Assembly: GCA_964499425.1 (NCBI GenBank)
Contig: CAZCLD010000002.1
Span: 1 to 51,751, forward strand
Reading direction: 5' to 3'
DNA length: 51,751 bases
Source of the DNA: an uncultured Candidatus Peribacteria bacterium
GTDB lineage: Bacteria; Patescibacteriota; Gracilibacteria; UBA1369; LOWO2-01-FULL-3
Made by a program: the position numbers and the translations under genes. Positions 45,471-51,751 of this stretch are shown here, in pieces (position 1 is the first letter of the stretch; each line of letters starts with the position of its first letter). The notes beneath the pieces were generated by a model. The model saw nothing but the letters and a program-made list of their open reading frames with translations. It had not been told where the DNA came from and searched no databases.

Positions 45471-46592
45471 GTGCATATGAGAGCCTTTATTAGGATTGTA
45501 TACAGGTTTGTGTTGAGACCTATTTTCTTCGTGCAGGATCCAGAGAGGGTACATAATAGATTTCTCTGGTTTGGTGGGTTTTTGGGGAGATATAAACTTA
45601 CTCGTGCTTTTACTGGTTGGCTTTTTGATTACAGGAACCGAATGCTGAGGCAGAGGGTTGTAGGGTTGGATTTTATCAACCCGGTTGGACTTTCTGCTGG
45701 TTTTGATAAGGACGCTGATTTGATTGAGATATTGCCCCATGTCGGATTCGGATTTACTCAAGCTGGCACAGTTACTCTCAAGCCATATGGTGGTAATCCC
45801 CCTCCTCGACTTTATCGTTTAGTAAAAACGAAGGGCCTGGTTGTATATTCTGGATTAAAAAATATTGGTATTGAAAGGGTGATTGAAAGAATGAAAGGGG
45901 TAAAGCCTAAGCATTTTCCGATTAGCATCTCTATCGGTAAAACTAATTGTCGTGACACTCATTCTACTAGCGGCGGTATCGAGGATTATTATAAATGCTT
46001 TGAGCGAGTTATTGAGAGTGGCATCGGCGATTTCTATACGATCAATATTTCTTGCCCCAATACCTTTGGAGGTGAGCCCTTTACAAGCAGCAAGAAACTT
46101 TATGAATTGCTAGAGAAGTTTCAAGACCTGAAGATTGATAAACCTGTATTCCTTAAAATGCCTACCGATCTTAAGTGGCCGGACTATGAGAAACTCCTTG
46201 AACTAGCCATTAAGCACAAAATAGATGGCGTGGTGATTGGTAATTTGAGTAAGAATAGGAAGGATGAATTGATCAAGGATAAGATCCCAGCGCATATTAA
46301 GGGAAGTATTAGTGGTCCCCCTACAAGAATGATCTGTGATGAATTGATTTCCAGGACCTACGAGAATTATGGTAAGAGGCTTAAGATTATTGGAGTGGGA
46401 GGAATATCTTCTGCGCATGACGCCTATGACAAGATCAAGAGGGGTGCCTGCCTTCTGCAATTAATTACCGGTATGATATTTGAGGGGCCCCAGCTAATAG
46501 GCGAAATCAATAAGGGCCTTGTCAAATTGCTGAAAAGAGACGGATATAAGAGTATTGAGGATGCCGTTGGGGCTTATCATTCTTCTGTTTGA
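45471..46592 (+). CDS. pyrD: Dihydroorotate dehydrogenase (quinone-type, class 2)
   Basis: N-terminal amphipathic extension, then GLDFINPVGLSAGFDKD, NISCPNT and GVGGISS motifs. Confidence 0.85.
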   Translation: MHMRAFIRIVYRFVLRPIFFVQDPERVHNRFLWFGGFLGRYKLTRAFTGWLFDYRNRMLRQRVVGLDFINPVGLSAGFDKDADLIEILPHVGFGFTQAGTVTLKPYGGNPPPRLYRLVKTKGLVVYSGLKNIGIERVIERMKGVKPKHFPISISIGKTNCRDTHSTSGGIEDYYKCFERVIESGIGDFYTINISCPNTFGGEPFTSSKKLYELLEKFQDLKIDKPVFLKMPTDLKWPDYEKLLELAIKHKIDGVVIGNLSKNRKDELIKDKIPAHIKGSISGPPTRMICDELISRTYENYGKRLKIIGVGGISSAHDAYDKIKRGACLLQLITGMIFEGPQLIGEINKGLVKLLKRDGYKSIEDAVGAYHSSV

Positions 46593-47089
46593 GCTGGTTC
46601 TTCCAACTGATTTTTTGCTATCAAACCTAAAAGCTGCATTAGCATTTTTATGTGTTTTGCTCGAGCAGTTTTCCCATGCAAAACACAGTCTTCATGCAGA
46701 GATCTGAGCTTCTCTAAAATCACCGTAAGTGCTTCTACTTCACCACTGTCTATTTTTCTTCCGGATTTATAGGTTTCCAGAATGAAGAATCCCAACTGCA
46801 CAAAAATAGAATTTCTTACTGGATCCTGTAGATCAACCACTTTTACGGGTACACAGTCCTGATCTACAATTCTCACTCTTCTGTGAACCCCATCAGCATC
46901 TGGCGAAAAAGCCGTCAAACTGGCAACCTTAGCTGCCGCATCACTGCCTTCCCTCCTTAAGGATGTCAGATCTCTATCTATTTGAACCTGATCTTCAGGT
47001 TCTGGGAGTGGAGGACCTATGATCCTGGGTATCCTGATAGCTCCCTCTCCATGGTCTTCTCCTGGTTTTTTCTTGATTCCAATCTTCAT
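46577..47089 (-). CDS. Hypothetical 170-aa protein
   Basis: Divergent from the 1137-aa gene, and its 3' end overlaps pyrD by 16 nt. No motif recognised. Confidence 0.5.
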   Translation of the reverse strand: MKIGIKKKPGEDHGEGAIRIPRIIGPPLPEPEDQVQIDRDLTSLRREGSDAAAKVASLTAFSPDADGVHRRVRIVDQDCVPVKVVDLQDPVRNSIFVQLGFFILETYKSGRKIDSGEVEALTVILEKLRSLHEDCVLHGKTARAKHIKMLMQLLGLIAKNQLEEPAQTEE

Positions 47090-47114
47090 GAGTTTGATTA
47101 TACCCCTTTTAATC

Positions 47115-47143
47115 TTGACGTCAAGGCTTTTTGGTGGTATAGT
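47115..47143 (+). promoter_or_regulatory. Promoter of the 1137-aa gene (TTGACG-17-TGgTATAGT)
   Basis: -35 at 47115-47120 and an extended -10 at 47135-47143. This supports ATG 47165 rather than the tracked start at 46982. Confidence 0.6.
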
Positions 47144-47164
47144 CTGCAGCTATTAATTTTTCTC

Positions 47165-50100
47165 ATGCCTGACTTTGAAGGTGAAAATAGGCGTACCTCC
47201 CCTAGAACTGGAGAGATAACTGAAGAAGCCTTATTTGGTGCCTTGAGAAGGACTATTGAATCCGGGCGTTCTGTTGATGAGTTGGAGTATACAGAGGGAG
47301 ATGAAATGAGAACTCTTTTGAAGGAAAGGCTATTTTTAGCAGCAGGTATTCCTCTTACTGATTTGGAAGAAGATGAGGTTGATGAGGAAGGTCTTATTGA
47401 ACCTGAAGAGGCCGATGAAGAGCCACCTGAAGAAGATGATATTCCCCAGTATAAAGGCAAATTCCATATTCCAAGCTCATATGGGCCTGACTCTCCTGAG
47501 GTAAAATCAATTAAAAAGGCTCATAAGAAGGGGCAGCCCGTAGCCTTATATGAATTCATGCAGGGGATGGTCGATTATGGTGCTGGTAAAATCCCCTCTC
47601 CAAGGATTTGGATTGAGCATAAAAGTGGCAGGAGGCATTACTATAATGGCCAAAATGGTATTAGTAGTGATCTTGACGACCCTGTTGTTGCCATTGAATT
47701 TATTAATGGAGGTCCAGGACTTAGTCCAGAGGATACAATCATCAACAGACATGGTGGTGGCGATCACACACTTGGTGAATACGGTAAGGGCATGACTCTT
47801 GCCCTAGTCTACCTTAAGACACTGGGGCTAGACGTAACGATTAGCTCTCACTTTAATGGCCACTCTTGGTCAGGCAGCCCGTTGCTCAAGCGTACTGAGT
47901 CTGGCGTAGCTAGGACCCTTGTTTTAGATGGGGAATGGGGTGAAAAGGATGCGACGGATCATACTTGCTTTAGGGTAGAGTACCCTCCCAGAAAACTCTT
48001 GGACGCTGTTACTCATGCGGGTGATTTATTTCTATATGCTAATCCTAAATATCCTGAGGCGTGTCTAGTAGATCCGGACAACGAGGCTCAAGAGAAGGTG
48101 GAAGATCCCATTCCAGTATCTAGTGGAAGTGTTCGCTGCGTTGATGGAGTTATCGAAAATGGAGAAGATGGTTCTCATAAATACATCTATATTGATGGAC
48201 TCAGAATCCCCCTTAAACACAGGGAATCTACCATTCTCCCATGGTCCGTGAAGGATTTATCTGATGCTAGATATTACTTTAGTGTTAAGCGTTCTCATGA
48301 CTCGCTATCATACTCTGGTGGATACTTATCCTTACCCCTATTGTGTGCAGTTCAACAACTTGAAAATAAAGAATTGCTGAGAAGATTAGTTGTCTGTGCA
48401 GTTTCTAACCCCGACCATGAATTCGTGGAATTCTCCGTTCCTGATTACCATTTAGATGAATGTGAGGATTTCAATGAGACCACCTCTTCCCACATCAAGG
48501 AAATATGGGCAGAAGAATATGGGGAGAATACTTTAATTGCATCAAGCCAAAAGGAACTTGATATGTATAAGAAGTTTGGCAAGGAAAAGAGGGATATTCT
48601 TTTATTACCTTCGGGTCTCTATAAATTCCTTGAGAGAGCTGGTATTTCTACAGCTCTAAATGAATCAAGCGTTCAAGATATAGAGAAATTAGGCGATGTT
48701 AGTAGGTTATATGTCCCCTCGGCGAGCCGCCCGGATAAATTTGAGAAACTAATGGACTATATTGCGGGTGTTGATGGAGATGTTGAGCTGAAAGAGATTG
48801 ATGGTGAAAAATGTATGGTTTGTCGAGTCCCGAGAGTGGTAAAAACTGTTGAAGAGTTTAATGGGCAAACAGAAAATAATCATGGGGTCGTTTTGCGTAC
48901 GGCTGCGATAATTGCAGCTTCGGAGAATTTGGATCATAAAATCTTCTCAATTGGTGATGGGCATGCTCATGAGACGAAAATGGATATTTCATCTCCGAAG
49001 CCTGATTGGTATTCAACCAAGATTGAAGTTCATGTTAAGAGTCTGGAGGCAAATCCAAAGTACAAAAGCTACGACGGGGGCACTACGTATATAATTCTAT
49101 CAGGTGAAGGATTGGAGGATTTCTTCGAGGGAGATCCTGCTGCTTATATGAAAGCTAAGCTTGAAGAAAGAGATAGAAGACGTGGGAAAATGCCGAAAAA
49201 GAAGAAGACGCAAAAGAAGGCTAAGTCTAAAGAGGCGCTCGATGATTCCTCAAATGATATTACAATCGGACAAATTGATATCACGAATAGAGAGGAGGAA
49301 AATGGTGGTGAGCCTGACCCTAGTACTAAATACCCCATTGGGAACTATCAATTTGGCACCGGTTCATTGTTTAGATATGACAGTGAAACTGAAAAATGTC
49401 ATTGGCAAAATCAATATGAATGGAAGCCATCTTCTGTAGCTGCTGTTAAACCTGTGCATTTTGACTCATGTCATGTTGAGACTGGTTTTAATTCTGGTTA
49501 TCAAGTTTTGCCTATACTAATCAGGAATGAAATAGTCGGTTATCAGGCTAGTGATGATAGTGATCTTACTTTCTTTAGGGATAAGAGAACCGGTTTGTAT
49601 GCAATGTCTGGCTCTGCAGAAAGGGTAGAGCTCTACACTAAGAAAGTTCCCAAAAGCAAATATGAAAACACCCCCCCATTGGAGCATGAGAGTGACAATC
49701 CATTAGAAGACAGCGCTTATTTGCTTCTCCCCTATTGGCAGGAGTTTATTAGAGAGATGCAAGAGATGGAAGGGTTATCAGTAGAGATGAAAGTAGCCTA
49801 TGCACAGAATATGTGGAACCACTATTTTGTATATGATGATAGTAAAGCTATAGGTGACCAGGTCCATGCTCGCGCTGAAGAGGCTCATCTCTCTGAAGAG
49901 GAGTTGAAATGCCGCATAGCCGCTAGGATTCTTAATCGTTCTAGAGGGATATGTAACTTATCTGCTACAGGCTTTGTGCTTTTATTAAAGGCTATAGGTG
50001 TGCCTTCACGGCTTTGCGCGGGTTACTGGAAACAGGGGGCCAGCTCAGGTCGTCATGCATGGGTTGAGTACTGGAATGGAGAAGAATGGTTGACTCATGA

Positions 50101-50578
50101 GAGTCAAGTTGGAGTGAGATCGAGAGATCAGTTCATAGGCAAAAGTGTTGAAGATGTCCTTCGGGCTTTCGATGATAGAATCCGAGAATTGAGTCGCAGC
50201 GTAGAGGCAAATCAGGCTGAGGTAACCGATTTAAGTGCAAGCAAGGTAGCACTACTTGCAGAATTAGAAGCAAGTGAAGCTGCTAGAGAGTCTATACGTA
50301 TGGAGGTAAGGAGAGTATCTGAGCAGAGAGACACTATGGAGCAGGCCCTGAGAGCTGAACTTGCCGAACTTACTGCTAGTGGGAAAGACCGTGAAGGTTT
50401 ACTCAAGCGACAACTTTCAGATGCAGGAGCTGATGTATTAGAACGTGATTTACTAATTGCTCAGGCAAGACGAGCGCTTGAGGCTCTGAGGGACGAAAAT
50501 CCCCTGATGGTAACCCGCGGTGGTTATCAGGAGCGTCTCACAAGAGAACTCGGTTTCCTAGATCAACAAGAGTCTTAA
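47165..50578 (+). CDS. 1137-aa multidomain protein: acidic N-terminus, possible GHKL-type ATPase fold, transglutaminase-like cysteine protease core, C-terminal coiled coil
   Basis: Transglutaminase-core pattern C-NLSATGFVLLLKAIGVPSRLCAGYW...GRHAWVEYWNGEEWLTHE (Cys codon 49952, His codon 50054, Glu codon 50099). GHKL-like segments are YEFMQGMVDYGA, EFINGGPGLSPED and LGEYGKGMTLAL (47543-47810). A/E/L/R heptad-like sequence runs from about 50180 to the stop. Confidence 0.75.
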   Translation: MPDFEGENRRTSPRTGEITEEALFGALRRTIESGRSVDELEYTEGDEMRTLLKERLFLAAGIPLTDLEEDEVDEEGLIEPEEADEEPPEEDDIPQYKGKFHIPSSYGPDSPEVKSIKKAHKKGQPVALYEFMQGMVDYGAGKIPSPRIWIEHKSGRRHYYNGQNGISSDLDDPVVAIEFINGGPGLSPEDTIINRHGGGDHTLGEYGKGMTLALVYLKTLGLDVTISSHFNGHSWSGSPLLKRTESGVARTLVLDGEWGEKDATDHTCFRVEYPPRKLLDAVTHAGDLFLYANPKYPEACLVDPDNEAQEKVEDPIPVSSGSVRCVDGVIENGEDGSHKYIYIDGLRIPLKHRESTILPWSVKDLSDARYYFSVKRSHDSLSYSGGYLSLPLLCAVQQLENKELLRRLVVCAVSNPDHEFVEFSVPDYHLDECEDFNETTSSHIKEIWAEEYGENTLIASSQKELDMYKKFGKEKRDILLLPSGLYKFLERAGISTALNESSVQDIEKLGDVSRLYVPSASRPDKFEKLMDYIAGVDGDVELKEIDGEKCMVCRVPRVVKTVEEFNGQTENNHGVVLRTAAIIAASENLDHKIFSIGDGHAHETKMDISSPKPDWYSTKIEVHVKSLEANPKYKSYDGGTTYIILSGEGLEDFFEGDPAAYMKAKLEERDRRRGKMPKKKKTQKKAKSKEALDDSSNDITIGQIDITNREEENGGEPDPSTKYPIGNYQFGTGSLFRYDSETEKCHWQNQYEWKPSSVAAVKPVHFDSCHVETGFNSGYQVLPILIRNEIVGYQASDDSDLTFFRDKRTGLYAMSGSAERVELYTKKVPKSKYENTPPLEHESDNPLEDSAYLLLPYWQEFIREMQEMEGLSVEMKVAYAQNMWNHYFVYDDSKAIGDQVHARAEEAHLSEEELKCRIAARILNRSRGICNLSATGFVLLLKAIGVPSRLCAGYWKQGASSGRHAWVEYWNGEEWLTHESQVGVRSRDQFIGKSVEDVLRAFDDRIRELSRSVEANQAEVTDLSASKVALLAELEASEAARESIRMEVRRVSEQRDTMEQALRAELAELTASGKDREGLLKRQLSDAGADVLERDLLIAQARRALEALRDENPLMVTRGGYQERLTRELGFLDQQES

Positions 50579-51696
50579 CCCTTTGCAGGCGGATTTTTTT
50601 TGATGAAATCAATAACTTCCTGGCTTTCATCAAATATATTTATCATTTCGCCGTACTTGTGTCCGTCTGATAACTGTTTTAGGAGTGGCATTACGTTGTA
50701 TTTTTCAGTCCAGTATTTCTTGTCGAAGAACACCATTGGGCTCAAATATCCGTAGGTCTCGTAGTGATTTTGAGCTGCGTCTGCAAAAATCTCCTGGATT
50801 GTCCCTGCGCTTCCAGGTGCGTAGACTATCCCATGAAGTGCGGTAGCAAGTAATACGTCTTCTCTCAGAGAATTTGAGAAATACTTTGCGATAGCGGTGG
50901 CAAATAGATTAGATGGTTCATGTCCATAGAACCATGTTGGGATTGCCAAATTGGCTGATCCTTCTGGGTATTTTTCCACTACTTTTTTGGCCTGTATTAT
51001 ATATTCAGCTTTCTTAAAATCTGTCTCTACTTTCAGAGTTTCTAAGGCATCTTTCAACTCCTCGTCAGTCTTTCCACCAAAGTATGCACCAAAATTAGCG
51101 GCCTCCATGATCCCGGGGCCCCCTCCTGACATAACATAAAACCCTTCCTCAGTCAGAGCCTTTGTCATTTTGGCTACTTTTTCAAAAACCGGATCATCCC
51201 TTTTGGCTCCATGTCCTCCCATAACACCGACACATTTTTTCTCGGTCATTCCGGAATCGTCGAAGCCAACCTCCTGTCTTAGTGCGTCATCGATAGCGTG
51301 ATCGTGTATTCTCTGGGAAAGTGCTTCATTAATGTCTATGGAATACCTAAATGACTCAAAATGTTCATATATGTGTAAGTCTTTGCTTTCGTCTTGTTCT
51401 GGAGTAAAACCCTCCAAAAGTTCCTGCCAGGTATAAAGACTTTTGCGATATGGATTGTAAGGCAGGCCTATTGCCTTTGGAAATATTGTAGCGCCCTTTT
51501 CTCTCAATTTGACTTCAAGCTCGATAGGCATCTCGCATCCCAGGAATGTCGTATTGGCGATTTTGACGTTCTCCCAATCCAGCTCGATTTCTCCCAGATT
51601 GATATCCTGAATGGTCAAATTAAGCAGCTCGTTTCCTTGATCTACAAGCCCTTTTACTGATTCTATCTCTCTGATGTATTTTTTTGGTGCGGGCAT
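50575..51696 (-). CDS. LOG-family nucleotide 5'-monophosphate nucleosidase (TIGR00730/PpnN-like) with ~140-aa N-terminal extension
   Basis: GGGPGIMEAAN and PGSAGTIQE (the PGGxGTxxE-type motif) in the C-terminal two thirds. The N-terminal region is unassigned. Confidence 0.75.
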   Translation of the reverse strand: MPAPKKYIREIESVKGLVDQGNELLNLTIQDINLGEIELDWENVKIANTTFLGCEMPIELEVKLREKGATIFPKAIGLPYNPYRKSLYTWQELLEGFTPEQDESKDLHIYEHFESFRYSIDINEALSQRIHDHAIDDALRQEVGFDDSGMTEKKCVGVMGGHGAKRDDPVFEKVAKMTKALTEEGFYVMSGGGPGIMEAANFGAYFGGKTDEELKDALETLKVETDFKKAEYIIQAKKVVEKYPEGSANLAIPTWFYGHEPSNLFATAIAKYFSNSLREDVLLATALHGIVYAPGSAGTIQEIFADAAQNHYETYGYLSPMVFFDKKYWTEKYNVMPLLKQLSDGHKYGEMINIFDESQEVIDFIKKNPPAKG

Positions 51697-51751
51697 ATTT
51701 TTATAGGTGAAGTTTTAATAATACTACCATCAACAGTACGCCAAGTATAAA

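Noticed and set aside
45435-45761. 108-aa minus-strand ORF overlapping the 5' end of pyrD
   Set aside because: It lies antisense to the conserved N-terminal region of dihydroorotate dehydrogenase and upstream of the mapped promoter of the minus-strand trio. Nothing supports it beyond its length.
1-51751. CRISPR arrays, IS elements or transposases, integrases, rRNA genes
   Set aside because: I saw no regularly spaced direct repeats and no DDE or tyrosine/serine recombinase-like ORFs in the six-frame track. I saw no rRNA-like conserved stretches. The only repeats are the tRNA fragment, the intragenic repeats, and the rpsA/rplS tail segment.
1-51751. Alternative genetic code (UGA recoding, as in some candidate phyla)
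   Set aside because: Conserved genes end at their expected lengths on TGA (for example ruvB at 2493-2495 and clpC at 6490-6492). All family-assignable ORFs are intact under the standard code.

Overview
This 51.7-kb window is gene-dense, about 40% G+C by my spot counts, and uses the standard genetic code (TGA closes ruvB and clpC). The first ~28 kb is mostly recognisable housekeeping. It holds tRNA-Arg plus a decayed partial copy, a CPBP protease, ruvB, clpC behind a CIRCE operator, and rpsA with a broken reading frame. It also holds a UvrD-type helicase fused to a 4-Cys PD-(D/E)xK nuclease, rmuC, infB, proS, a PfkB kinase, a pyruvyl transferase, rnhB, rplS with a long tail, and tig. A dTDP-sugar gene set (FdtA-like isomerase, rfbB, rfbD, rfbA-like) is scattered among proS and higher-G+C orphan ORFs. 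The last ~23 kb is dominated by genes I cannot assign to any family. The main candidate for an undescribed system is a tightly packed seven-gene plus-strand operon (28308-41240). It encodes proteins of 895, 128, 1277, 259, 1296, 335 and 81 aa with hydrophobic hairpins, a polytopic Gly/Ala-rich core, tandem ~71-aa repeats, poly-Arg clusters and a 69% G+C PAPDP tail. Next come a promoter-to-terminator unit that looks like a ~270-nt structured ncRNA, tRNA-His, and a second three-gene orphan operon on the minus strand. After pyrD lies a 1137-aa protein combining a possible GHKL-type ATPase, a transglutaminase-like core and a coiled coil, followed by a LOG/PpnN-like gene. A 32-nt near-identical segment is shared, in inverted orientation, by the C-terminal tails of rpsA and rplS. 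The gene style resembles CPR/Patescibacteria-type genomes, but that is only an inference. I found no CRISPR array, transposase or integrase.
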